A DNA stretch of 64,000 bases from Felis catus (GCF_018350175.1 NC_058369.1:17114001-17178000), one strand, 5' to 3'; positions 1-12,591 are shown, counted from the stretch's first letter. Notes: generated by a model from the letters alone, not told the origin. Numbers and translations are program-made.

Positions 1-470
1 AATGTACTTTCTGTCTCTACAAATCTGCCTGTTTATATTTCATATAATTAGAATTAAATAATATATTTTCTCCTCTGTTTTTTTTTTCAATGTTTATTTA
101 CTTTTGAGAGACAGAGAGAGACAGAGCATGAGCAGGGGAGGGGCAGAGAGAGAGAGGGAGACACAGAATCCAAAGCAGGCTCCAGTCCCCAAGCCGTCAG
201 CACAGAGCCTGATGCGGGGCTCGAACTCATGAACAGTGAGATTATGACCTGAGCAGAAGTCGGACACTCAATGGACTAAGCCACCCAGGCACCCTTCCTC
301 TGTTTTTCTTTCTACATACCATGTTTTCAAGGATGATCCGTGATGTCACATATGTCAATACTCCATTCCATTTTATGGCTGAATAATATTCCATTTTAAT
401 ACCACATTTTGTTTACCCATTCATCAGCTGATGGACATTTGCATTGTTTTCACTTTTGGTTGTTATGATT
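1..470 (-). mobile_element. L1M (L1MB-like) 3' end fragment, interrupted by a SINEC at ~77-293
   Basis: ttttatggctgaataatattccatt...cattcatcagctgatggacatttg is a typical antisense L1M 3' end. Confidence 0.75.
77..293 (-). mobile_element. SINEC (felid Can-SINE)
   Basis: tRNA-derived head, (CT)n region, A-rich tail; TSD tcctctgttttt. Confidence 0.9.
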
Positions 471-519
471 TGTGTTTGTGTATCTGTGTCTGTGTGTGTG
501 TGTGTGGCCAATAGGTGAG

Positions 520-827
520 ACAATGTATATGAAATGGACAAATTTCTAGAAAGGCACAAACTATAAAAACTGACTCAAAAAAAAAATAGAAAACCTAAAC
601 AGACTTGCAACAAGTACATAGATTGGAATCAGTTCTTAGAAAACAAAACAAAACCAAACAAAATAACAACAAAAATAACCCATGGGACGCCTGGCTCAGT
701 CAGTTAAGCATCCAACTTCAGCTCAGGTCCTGATCTCATGGGTCATGAGTTTGAGCCCCTCACTGTGTGAGCTGGAGCCCTGCTCTGGGCTCCACACTCT
801 CTCCCACTTCTCTCTGCACCTCGTGGG

Positions 828-871
<44 letters not shown>

Positions 872-2385
872 GAATGAATGAATAAATAAATAGAAATGTG
901 AATACAGTTTAAAAAAAAATCAGGACTTGATGGTTTCCCATGTGAATTCCAGAAAACACTTAAAGAAGAATGAACATCCATAATTCTCCTATTCTTCAAA
1001 AAAAATAAATAAATAAAATAAAGAACAATTCCTTACTCATTCTTGGAAGCCAGTATTACCTCGACATCAAACCAGATAAAAATACCACAAAAAATGAAAA
1101 GCAATAAACAAATGTCCCTTATGAATATAGGTGCAAAAATCCTCAACAAAATACTAGAAGCAAACTAAATCCAATGGAATATTATAATTCCCATAATCAA
1201 GTGGGATTTATCCCAGAAACCCAAAAGTGGCTCAACAGGCAGAATCAATTAATACAACATATATAAAGAATAAGGTAAAAATACCACATGGCCATCTCAA
1301 CTGATACAGAAAAAGCAATTGGCAAATTCCAACACATTTTCTGGATAAAAACATTCAACAAATTATAGAGAGAATTTTCCAAATTTGATAAAAGGAATCT
1401 AGGAAAGTCCAACAACTAACACCATACTTAGTAACAAAATGCATTCCTCCCAAGATCAGGAAAATAATCTCATTTACAATAGCATTCAAAAGAATAAAAT
1501 ACACAGGAATAAATTTAACTAAAGGAAATATAAAACATGTGTCAAGAACATACAACTAAAAACTTCAACAACAATGCTTAAAGAAGACCTAATTAAAGGG
1601 AAAGGCATCCTGTATTCATTGAGACTTCATACTGTTAAGATGGCAACACTCCACAAATTGAATGCAAATGAAAACCACAAGATACCACTTCACATCCACT
1701 TGTGGTTTATTTTTTAAAAGGGTGGGGGAGGGGGAACCAAGTGTTGGTGAGGATGTGGAGAAGTTGGAACATTCATACATTGCTGGTGAAAACCTAAAAT
1801 TGTACAACCACTATGGAAAACAGTTGAGTTGTTTCTCAAAAAGCTAAACATAGAATTACCAATTCCACTCCTACCAAAAATCGAACAAACTATGTTCACA
1901 AAACAGTAGTCAACGTTCATAGCAGCATTATTCAAAATAGTGAAAAAGTGACAACAGTACAAATACACATGAACTCATAAATGGATAAGTAAAATGGAAT
2001 ATCCACTGAAAGAACATTATTCAGCACAGAAAGGAATGAAGTACTGATTTTACACTACAACATGGATGAACTTGAAAACCTTATGCTAAGTGAAAGAAGT
2101 CAGACTCAAAAGCCCACATAATGTATGCTTCCATTTACAGGAAACATACAGAATAGGCAAATCCATAGAGACAGAAAGCAAATTAGTGGTTCCCAGGGCT
2201 CATGAGAGAAACAAATGGGAAATGACTGCTTAATTGGTATGGGATTGTCTTTTGGAGTGATCAAAGTGTTCTGGAATTAGATACTGGTGACAGATATACA
2301 ACACTGTGAACCGGATTCTATACTTTTAAAGGATTAAAATGGAGGATTTTATGTTATGTGAATTTTACCTCAATTAAAAAGTAAT
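520..2385 (+). mobile_element. Degenerate L1M ORF2 and 3' UTR fragments (L1MB-like), interrupted by a SINEC at ~683-890
   Basis: gaaatggacaaatttctagaaag, gcaaaaatcctcaacaaaatacta, atgcaaatgaaaaccacaagatacc, aaatccatagagacagaaag motifs. Confidence 0.85.
831..868 (+). repeat. (CT)19 microsatellite within a SINEC
   Basis: Direct reading. Confidence 0.9.
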
Positions 2386-2505
2386 GAAAAACAACAATGA
2401 ACTTAAACCTACCCAGCAACTTATAAATTGAAATAATCACAGAAGCCCTTTCAGTATTCTTATGTCTATATGCTCAAAAACTAGATCTAAAAACAGTTAT
2501 CATGA

Positions 2506-2880
2506 GGGGAGCCTGGGTGGCTCAGTTGGTTAAGTGTCTGACTTTGGCCCAGGTCATGACCTCACAGTTCTGAGCTTGAACCCCATGTCAGGCTTTGCGC
2601 CGACAGCTCAGAGCCTGGAGCCCGTTTCAGATTCTGTGTGTCTCTCTCCCTGTCTCTGCCCCTCCCTGGCTCATGCTCTCTCTCCTTCAAAAATAAATAA
2701 ACAATAAACAAACAAACAAATAAATAAAAATAAAAACAGGTATCACGAGGTGCCTGGCTGGCTGAGTCAGTTGGTGAAGTATGTGACTCTTGATCTCGGG
2801 GTTGTGAGTTTGAACCCCATGCTGGGTATAAAGATTATTTAAACAAACCAACCAGCCAACAAACAAATAAATCTTAAAAA
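2506..2880 (+). mobile_element. Two tandem SINEC elements (2506-2735 long type; 2748-2880 short older type)
   Basis: ggggagcctgggtggctcag head; near-perfect TSD aaaaacag(t/g)tatca. Confidence 0.88.
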
Positions 2881-3112
2881 CTGGCATCAAATACTTCACA
2901 GCTGTGATGTTATTAACAGTTCTGAAACAGCCTTTAAATTCTATCTACCATAACAGAAAATGATGAGAAAAAAATCAAATGTTAATCTTAAGGACAAATT
3001 GATACTGATCATTGTTTTTGCTTTTAAGCACAAACAAACCCAATTATTTTAGCAAGCTGAGAGGAAAATACAGCATCTACTACCCTTGCCCATGGGGACA
3101 GCTGTGACTCAC

Positions 3113-3274
3113 CAAGCTTCTCTGGCTCATCAGGTCCCGTGCCTGCAATGCAACTGCTCTCAAGGCCATATGTGGGGTCCACTTTCCCAGAGGCTCGAGC
3201 TGCTTCTTGTACTTTCTTGACGTGAGCTTCAACCAATTCCAGTGGTACCTCCTCTCGGACCCGAGAAAACTCCT
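3113..3274 (-). CDS. SMARCC1: SMARCC1 exon 21 ([54 protein letters not shown])
   Basis: ttgtacAG acceptor, G|GTGAGT donor, 162 nt; overlaps ORF 3024..3314. Confidence 0.97.
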
Positions 3275-3941
3275 CTGTACAAGAATCAAAATGCAAGTGT
3301 GACCTAGTGTGCAAATATTTGCTTTAACATAGACCACTATGGACTCTGACACATTAGTGTCTTACAAGCACTGACCTTTCTGGGTGCTCAGGCTTATCTA
3401 TTCCAGCAAAACAAGAATGCCAAATGAGGTAGTCACGTACGCTGATGAAATTCTAAGATTGTACATTTTAACTTATGTGTCGCAGTATCCTGCTGTGTAA
3501 GTAACAAAGATCTCTAAATTTCCGTCTATAACAATCAAAATTTTTGCCCAAACTTAACCTAACTCTGCAAGCTAGATTGATAGTAAAGAAAATAGCAAGG
3601 ATTAAACAACCAGAAAGCTGAAAAAGAGTTTATAGTGTGACAAAGTTCTAATTGTAATAAGATCCAACAACGTTAAATGGTTCCTTTTGCTGGTTATGTC
3701 AAAGTCCAAATGAATCATAAAATATACGACAAAAAACTGTTTTGCCCCGCCAATTCTTAATAAATGCTCTTAATTTTAAAACTATGAATTTTAAGTGTTT
3801 TAGTTAAAAATGTTGTAATACTCTTTAATATGGTAACTTAAAGAGGTAATGTCTGACTTTCTGCTAACTGAAATAAACATAGCAGCTGATAACCTGCCAG
3901 TCAGAGACAACACATATATAAAGGCAAGTACTAGGCTATTA

Positions 3942-4244
<303 letters not shown>

Positions 4245-4439
4245 CTACAACAGAGAAATCCAGGTGCTTTAGTATCAGGTAACAAGGAACTAATACGTAA
4301 CAATATCAAAAGCCTATGACTGTTCTTAAAAACAGTTCGGGGTTTAAAAAAATGAAAATGATTATACTTTACATAAGAAAATAGGTAGATTTGATTGCTT
4401 TTCTAATTACATTAAATCTCAAGCAAGAAAAATAAAAAA

Positions 4440-4920
4440 CACATATATAAAAGGAAGAAAAAGTGTTTTTCACGAATACACACATGACTGTTTACATAGA
4501 AAATCCTAGTAAGTCTACAGAAAAATACTAAAACTATAAAGTTTAGCAAGGTCAGAGGATAGACAGGTAACAAAAACTCAATTATACTTCTCTATGTATA
4601 AGCAATGAAAAGTTTTCAATAGGAAAAGTCTTTAAGATAGCACAAAACCGAAATAACTAGGAACAAATGTAATAAAGAATATGTAATATGTAAGAACAAC
4701 ATGCTTGAAAAAAATAAAACACGCTGAGAGAAATTAAAGACCTAAATAAATGAAGAGATATACTGTATTCATCCATTAGAAGACCCAATATTATTAAGAT
4801 GTCAACTCTCTCCAAACAGAATAGCAGGTTCAACACAATCCCATTCAAACTCCAAGTCTTTATTGCTAGAAATTAAGAAACTGAGGCTAAAATTTATGAA
4901 GTATATAAATTTCCAATTTA
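4440..4920 (+). mobile_element. Old L1M ORF2 fragment
   Basis: tttagcaaggtc, aaagacctaaataaatgaagagatatac, gaagacccaatattattaagatgtca. Confidence 0.7.
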
Positions 4921-5094
4921 AAAATTTATTCTTCAGAGAAAAATGCTGAAAAACCCTCAAAAAGAGTAAAAGCAGTCTCTAAGGGGGAGAGGGACAGAAA
5001 GTTGTAAAGAGAATCAGAAATACGTGGTACAAAGAAAGTCGAGGAATTAACTGGGTAAGAACCTATTCAGTAGCTAACCAAAGCTGCTGTTCTC

Positions 5095-5310
5095 ACAGGA
5101 TTCACAACCAGGGGCAATTCTGCCTCCTTGGGGACATTTGGCAATGTAGGCAGACATTTTGGGTTGACACAACTGAGGAGGTGCTACTGGCATCTAGTGG
5201 GTAGAAACCATGGATGATGTTAAACGTTCTCTTTAATGCACGTAAGAAGAGCCACCACAACAAAAAACTATCTGGCCCAAATGTTCATTGTGGGAGGCTG
5301 AAAAATCCTG
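5095..5310 (+). mobile_element. MER20 (hAT-Charlie MITE)
   Basis: ggggacatttggcaatgt...gtgctactggcatctagtgggtaga...tatctggcccaaatgt matches the recalled MER20 consensus. Confidence 0.88.
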
Positions 5311-7829
5311 TTCTAGAGCTTGATTTGCTGAGCTACACTGTGAGCTGAGCTTGTGATGACGATGGTTCTCTCCATGTTTACGTAAGTGAATTCCTAACCC
5401 AGGGCTCCAACTGCCGACCCAGGCTTGCCTTCTTTGCTGCAGTGGTAGAAGACTCCTCAAAACCCACACCAGAGAATGATCTTATTTCTTAAATCCCTTG
5501 AAAAAACAAGGCTAATTCTGGGTTTCCTCTGGATAGCCAGTGGCCTCAGGTAGTTCTAGAAGGCATTAGAAAAAAGACCTAGAATGTAACAAAAAATAAA
5601 AATCAATTTCTCTCACTAAGGTCGTTGGGGCCAGAAATGTGTAACTTTAGGGACCACCTTATGTATCTGATTATGGGGAGATTTTCTTAGGATACTCTAT
5701 CACAGACTTTTCAAGGAAATTTACTTAAAAAAAATTTCTTCCTTTATTTTTTTCCTCATGAAGAAAGTTCAGGCAGTTTTTTCCAGAGTAAAGCTAAGGA
5801 ACCCTTTGACATGCAAAAATCAACAAAGAGCATTCCGAAAAGCATAAGGCTGAGAAACGAGTGAAGTTCCGAGCTTGGGCACTAATGGCAGCATTACATA
5901 ACAGGGAATCAAAGACATGTTTTCAAACAGAACATGGCGACAGACTAGCTGGGAAGGAGGAGGAAGGCTGATATATTAGCAGACATTTTACAGGAGTATA
6001 AAACACCTTCATTCTTCCTACTATGAGCTGGCTCCTTACCTGCATTCTCAGAATCACCCATCTCTCTCTATCCTTAAATTCATCTTTCTTCCTATTGCCA
6101 GAGTGAACTATGTTTCACACATGACACTGTCTCTCTCCTGCCTAAAATTATTTCCTTGCTCGTTATTATCTTACTGAATGAAGTCCACATAGGATCGGGA
6201 CTCTGCCTACTTCTTCCACTCTACTCACTACTCTTTCATGTTCTAGGAATATCCAGAAATAGTCTTCCTAGTCATTGTGCCTGTGGACACTTTGCTCTGT
6301 ACCCAAAATATCATATACTGGAGCCAACAATACAGCTGTCCCATTCCCAGAAAGCCATGCACTGAGTCTCATCCACCCAGCCTGACACACAGCCATCCCT
6401 ATGTACTTGTCTTGTGCTCTGGGTACGGCTCCAATTGTGAAGCTGAGGACACTGCACTCATTTTTTTGTTTTAACCTGTTTCCGTTGAATCCCTTACCTG
6501 CAAAGACTATGGCCTAGCCATCTCAGTCTACAGAGTCTGCCGCGGTGCCTTAAACACAGTAACCAATAAAATTTGCTGAACGTGACCACAGGAAACTGGA
6601 CTAGACCAGGAAAGGAATTTGTGTTTCCCATGGCTCCAAATGTAAAAAAACAAAACAAAAAAACCCCACACAAAACCTGTAAAAAAGGGCTCTTCCTCAA
6701 GACAATATTTTTTTTAATTGGAAGACATACTCATCTAAAACGTAATTCAAAATTACACAGAAAAAACAACTCCTTGGGTAGCATATCAAGGAAAGGTGTA
6801 TCAGGGACATGCACACTACGAGCAAATCTTTGATGCTGTTTACGGAGTATCGTCCAATGCTACTGCTTCTGTAATCTAGCCAGTACAAAAAACGTGGGGA
6901 ACTCTTTCAGTGATAAACGTTAATAACCTTAATGGATTTTATCTGCAGGTACAAGATTTCATGTCCACTAATCATCTAAGGGAAAATAAACACAAGGCAT
7001 GAGAAAACAAAGCAGGCAGGAGAAAGACTGAAGTTAATAAGGGAGGAACCAATAAGCTCCCAGACTCAGGTCTTGTCAATTTCAAGCCCAGGGACAATTA
7101 TAATGACCAGGAAGACAACTGTTACAAGTTGAGGACTTAATATTGTAAAAGCCTCTTTAAAAAACCCCCTTAATCACTATGAAATAGAATGCTGACATTT
7201 CTTCTTCCATTCTGGCACCCTGAATCTGTCAATGCAATGTCAAACTGCTCAGAAGACTGAGTTATCAGCCTTTTGTGACTTAAACTGGTGACACATTTTC
7301 AGGTGAAACCCCTGGAATTCCTCACACATCTTACAAATGAAATCTACTCAAATAAGTCTCCATCATCTTGATCTTACCCAATGTATTTTTTCAAAAAGCT
7401 AACAGAAAGCCTTATATAGCCTTCATGTCTACCAATTCATTCAAGGTCTTTTCAAATTCCATTTATTCATCCAGTGTGTAGATTCTATTTTGGTTATTTG
7501 CAAAGCTGAAACTATGCCTCCAATATATGTAATAAAACATTGTACTAAACAAAATCACAGATAATAATCTGCAGCATTCCACAGAAGAGCTGTGTGTGTT
7601 TTGATGAGAGACCATATCAAATAAGGTGTTTTTAAAATAAAAGCAGGTGGTCTCAGAAATAATACAAAATAGTTGGGGTGCTGCCTGTGTGATATACTTG
7701 TCTAATAAAATGACATGATTGGGGGGGGAAACAATAAACCTTAATGCATCTTCCAGATTTTTCTATTTATTAGGAAAAAATTGACTGGTTTTGGTCATTT
7801 GGTTATAAATCCTTAAAAAATTTTCATCT

Positions 7830-8053
7830 CGGGGCACCTGGGTGGCTCAGTGCGTTAAGTGTCTGACTTCGGCTCAGGTCATGATCTCACGGTTTGTGAG
7901 TTCGAGCCCCACGTTGGGCTCTGTGCTGACAGCTCAGAGCCTGGAGCCTGCTTCCAATCTGTGTCTAATCTGTGTCTCATTCTCTCTCTGCCCCTCCCCC
8001 ACTTGTGCTGTCTCTCAAAATTAAATAAATGTAAAAAAAATTTAAAAAAAAAA
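7830..8053 (+). mobile_element. SINEC
   Basis: Full head, body and tail; TSD aaaaa(t)tttcatct. Confidence 0.9.
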
Positions 8054-8628
8054 ATTTCATCTGGCTTCATATTCTTAAGCTATTAATTATCAATAAATAA
8101 ACTACAGAAATAGAAGATGTTAGTGGTAAGCAATGCTGCTGGGGCACCTCTGTGTAAGCAGAGACAACACCTGTTGATTCAACTGCATGTTTAAAAGAAA
8201 AACCAACCACTCTACAGGTTCCACCTGCAGGAGAAAAAAAATGCACTATTGTGTAAGGATACTGTGGTTTTCTTGAATATGTTCAGGATAAACAGCAGCT
8301 CAGCCATTCTGTTCTCACTCTATTCACTATTCTTAAACGTAGAAGAGAAAATTTTGAGTGTCAATGTATAGAAAGAAAAAGAACTGATAAGAACGATACT
8401 CCAATTGGTGCTGTACAACTAATTACTCCCTAAAGCCCAAAGCAACATGAAAGTATATTCCCCGCCAAGTACTAAAAACTTTAAACACATTAAGTAAACG
8501 TCCAGGGCAAATATGACTAGACAAAACAGTCCTGAAATAAATAAAAAGTGGCTCAGAAAAGAAGCTCTCTGCATATTACCGATAACAAATGAGTAGATAA
8601 GAGTACATCAAAATAGTGGTAAAAACTT

Positions 8629-8820
8629 GGGGTGCCAGGGTGGCTCAGTCTGTTAAGCATCCAACTCTCGGTTTCGGTTCAGGTCATGGTCTTGCAGTTC
8701 GTGAGTTTCAGCCCTGCATTGTGCTCTGTGCTGATAGTTTGAAGCCTGCTTGGGATTCTCTCTCTTCCCCCTCACCGTTCGTTCTCTTTCTCTCTCAAAA
8801 ATAAATAATTTTGTTTTAAA
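8629..8820 (+). mobile_element. SINEC
   Basis: Head, body and tail; TSD gtggtaaaaact. Confidence 0.88.
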
Positions 8821-9182
8821 GTGTGGTAAAAACTCAAAAAGAAGAAATCTTTTTGAATTTTAATGCAGAGATATTGAGAAGACAGAATAAGGAAAAGGAG
8901 AAGAGAAATGTAAAAAAGAAAAAGAAATAATTAATACACCACTAAAACTTCTTAAACCAAATACGACTGTTGGAAAAACTCAAAAAACAAAATTAAAAGC
9001 AATACAGAAACATGAACCATCACAAGTCCCGCTATGGGCAAAACACAAGCCCTGGGTGAGTCCTGCTTCTCTCTGTCTCTGTCTCCCTCCCTCTCTCTCT
9101 GCCCCTTGTGGGATATTCTCATTCCCTCTCTCTCTCTCTCTGCCCCTTGCTTACTTGCTCCTTCTCTCTCTCAAAAAGGAAA

Positions 9183-9270
9183 GAAGGAAGGAAGGAAGGA
9201 AGGAAGGAAGGAAGGAAGGAAGGAAGGAAGGAAGGAAGGAAGGAAGGAAGGAAGGAAGGAAGGAAGGAAG
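9183..9270 (+). repeat. (GAAG)22 tetranucleotide microsatellite in the tail position of a SINEC 3' fragment
   Basis: Perfect repeat following ctctctctcaaaa. Confidence 0.95.
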
Positions 9271-9480
9271 ATGAGCTATCAGTAGGTCCAGTGTATCTCA
9301 GTATGGCTCGGAGACCCATGGGGCACCATATTTTTCAGGGGAACCAAGAGATCAAAACCGTTTTCACAATAGCAACAGGACACTGCTGCTTTTTCACTAT
9401 GATGACACGTGCACGGTGGATGCTAAAGCAGTGGTGAGTGAACCACCTACCCTCAGCATGAATCAAGGCAGTGGCACCAG

Positions 9481-9481
<1 letters not shown>

Positions 9482-9515
<34 letters not shown>

Positions 9516-9717
9516 GTTTAGTTTTGAGAGAGAAAGAGAGAGCTCGTGCGTGCAGGGGAGGGACAGAGAGAGGGAGAAACAGACACAGAATCCGAAGCAG
9601 GCTCCAGGCCCTGAGCTGTCGGCACAGAGCCCAGTGTGGGACTCGAATTCACAAACTGCGAGACTATGACCTGAACTGACGTTGCATGCTCAACTGACTG
9701 AGCCACCCAGGTGCCCC
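9482..9717 (-). mobile_element. SINEC with long poly(A) tail
   Basis: T-run 9484-9512, ends gagccacccaggtgcccc. Confidence 0.9.
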
Positions 9718-9974
9718 AAGAATATCTTAATAATCACCTTCTTCTTCACTGCCACACTCACAAAAATAATCCAACTTTACTGTAAAATGATTAATCTTAC
9801 AAATTTAAACATCAAAGTTCACTTGTTTTTAATATTTGGTACTATGAAATGTGAGGTACACAAGAAAACTAAAAATCAACTATCCAAGCATGATGGCTGT
9901 CTGAAGGAAAAGCACTGTGTGATCATTTGAGTTTCAAGCTCAACTAGCCATTTTCATTGAAGATCATTTTTTAA

Positions 9975-10192
9975 AAAAATTTTTTAATGTTTATTTTTGA
10001 CAGAGAGAGAAAGAGAGACAGAGCATGAGCGGGGGAAGGGCAGAGAGAGAGAGGGAGACCCAGAATCTGAAACAGGCTCCAGGCTCTGAGCCGTCAACAC
10101 AGAGCCCGACGCGGGGCTCGAACTCACATACAGCGAGACCATGACCTGAGCCGAAGTCAGACACTCAACTGACTGAGCCACCCAGGCACCCC
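9975..10192 (-). mobile_element. SINEC
   Basis: TSD gaa(g/c)atcattttt. Confidence 0.9.
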
Positions 10193-10279
10193 GAACATCA
10201 TTTTTACTAGCATGTAAACGCTAGCACACCGTGGCTAACACACCATGGTCTGTAGGCACAGATATCTGGCAGACGTTTT

Positions 10280-10526
10280 CTGATCAGCACGGGAGTTCCG
10301 ATCTGCTCCATTTCTGACCTGGGCCAGTTCACCCTGCCTTAGGCATCATGGTGGTCCCTCGCTCTAGGAAGTCATCATACTGATGCCAAACTTAGTACAG
10401 ACACCCAGCTAGCACAGCACACTCCAGTCCTGAACCTAAGACTTAAGCAACCCTCCTGCTTAAGCAACCCTCCTGCCTCAGCCTTCTGGACACCTGGGAC
10501 TAACAGGCACTCACCACCACAACAGC
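10280..10526 (-). pseudogene. 7SL (SRP RNA) retropseudogene, 3'-truncated
   Basis: Reverse strand reads GCTGTTGTGGTGGTGAGTGCCTGTTAGTCCCAGG...ACTAAGTTTGGCATCAGTATGATGAC...GGTGAACTGGCCCAGGTCAGAAATGGAGCAGATCGGAACTCCCGTGCTGATCAG, collinear with the recalled 7SL Alu-5' and S domains; many substitutions; 3' ~70 nt missing. Confidence 0.92.
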
Positions 10527-11259
10527 CAGGAAAATGTTTTCTTAAAAGCAAACAGGATTGTCAGAAGTGTCACTTTGAAGAAAACAACTGAGTGCTTTTT
10601 GCCAATGATTAAGTGAAAATTAGAATTCTGAAAAATATGTACCTGCCATGAAAGCCTCTCCTACAGGAGTATTTATAATTATCTGAAAAGGTCATTAAGA
10701 TATTCTTTGTGTTTCCAAATACACGTCCAGATGATACTAAATAGTCCTAATGTATTTTAACTAAAACAACATATATGATGAAAAAAACAAATATGAAAAT
10801 CCAGCTGTATTCTATAAAGTCAAACATTATAGATATGGCTAACGGGTGACACCACTTTTTACTAACACACTTATTTTTCAAAATCTATTTCTGATAAAAA
10901 TTTTTCATAAAAACTTGCAATGGGTTTATTGTTATTTTTAAGTAAATTAGTTTCCTCAGTTTTAATTTACAATACAGAAAATACTGATTAACTCACAAAA
11001 ATTCTTTGAAACCTCAATGTAATTTTTAAGAGTAGAAGTATATCCTGAGACCAAAACGTTTGAGAACTGCTGACCTAGTCTAATCTTCTATTTGATGCTT
11101 CATTTCTGAATTGCAAATGTTACACATGATATACAAGTTTGGATCAGATGAATACTCCACTGAAAATGAGCTCTCTTCCTCTGCAAGTTCTTTGCTCTAA
11201 ATGTTATAAACAGAGCAAGCACTAGAAGTTACCAGCAGCAATCATACCTCCCTCCAGGT

Positions 11260-11710
11260 TGACCCCATTAATGAAACCAGAAAACTCGTTCTTTTCCCAG
11301 CACCACCTGCAATACTTGGTGACCACTGAGACCCATTTTGATTACTAAGATAGAAGGGAAGACTGATGAGGGGCTTCTGGTTAAGCTTTTCATCCCAAGA
11401 AGAGCCCCAGAAGTGCCATTTCCAATTTTCTTACTGTTTTGAACAGGGATATGAAACCAGTGAATAAATCAGCCTTGCTGGGAGCAGAAGAGAACACAGA
11501 GAGACAGAATGCAGACAGCTAAAGAAGGAAAACAAAAGAAGAAAGAAGCTAGGAACCTGATGATGTACTTGAGTAGTAAAAAGTATGTTGGAATTGCCAA
11601 TCTAAAGATAGCCAGTTGAACAAAAAAAAAAACAATGTCCTTTTTGGTTTAATCTTTGCTAGCTACATCCTGTTCTTTGTAGGCAAAAGCGTTCCTAAGA
11701 GATCTAACAG
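11260..11710 (+). mobile_element. Old MaLR LTR (MLT1-like) remnant
   Basis: gggcttctgg..aagctttt, end ctgttctttgtaggcaaaagcgttcctaa resembles MLT1 3' ends. Confidence 0.5.
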
Positions 11711-12591
11711 TACACTTCCTCATTTGGTCCTAATTTGGCTCTCACACGTACATTCTACCCACAAATACTATGTAGTACCATGCAGTCTTCATTTTACCCA
11801 ATCACTGTTCTGTAACTAAAGATAAATGGTCCTCTTCAAAAATGGTTGATAAATATGGAACCTAACATTCTCTTACTCTCCAGAGTAGAAATAATTGCTA
11901 AGAGTTACTTGTGTAAGTATTTTCAAGAATCTCCAAAGACATGAAGAATTCCAAAAAGTATTCAACAAGCTGACTGACATATTTTGAATTACCACTAGTT
12001 TACGACAGTGTTCTACTTTCAAGAACAAACAGTATTTTCAGTGGCAGGCATCTTCATCTACTTCTCTGGTATGCCTTCTGGGAAATATGGAGGTTGTACA
12101 AATGCACACCAGCACCAGAGAACTCATCTACAATGACCGAGGTGGGCTAAGTTACAAAAACAACAACTGGAATCTGAAGAAACATTCCACTTCAAAGTAA
12201 CATCTGCTACTCAAGGTCAGCAAATTATTGTTACATGGGAATGAGGTGCCAGAAGTGCCAAATCTTCCAATTTTGGAGGAAAAGTTACAGATCCAGACTA
12301 CTTTTGCAAAGCCGTAATAATTGTTTAATATTGGCAAAGATTTAAAATGAAACAACCCAACCTGGGCCAAAATAACACATATCCAGGTCTGATCTTCCCT
12401 ACTGATAGCCAGCACATCACTTCTAGGTATGATATTTAAATAATGATGGACCAAGAAAATTCTCTTAAAACTCAATACATGGTTCAAAAAACTTCAGGAT
12501 TAATTCCAAAGGTGTACTTCAAATGCGAGTCACAGAAACTAAGCACCCACCTCCTGTGTGGATAAAGGGGCTCCACTATTAATGTGCTTAC

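Larger units (their letters stand above)
9288..11072 (+). mobile_element. Charlie1-like hAT DNA transposon relic, interrupted by two SINECs and the 7SL pseudogene
   Basis: gaatcaaggcagtggcacca internal motif; end tcctgagaccaaaacgtttgagaactgctg resembles the Charlie1 TIR region. Confidence 0.72.

Noticed and set aside
1..2200. Inverted similarity between 1-470 and ~1930-2180
   Set aside because: Two old L1M 3' ends in opposite orientation, too diverged to imply a functional structure
6030..6150. Second CAG|GTAAGG donor at 6040
   Set aside because: The upstream sense sequence is purine-rich with no usable acceptor
9034..9437. ORFs with KEGR or PSFL repeats (also 33471-33662)
   Set aside because: Translations of (GAAG)n microsatellites
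10280..10526. Functional 7SL gene or primate Alu contamination
   Set aside because: It contains the S domain that Alu lacks, is missing the 3' Alu-domain strand and terminator, and is heavily mutated
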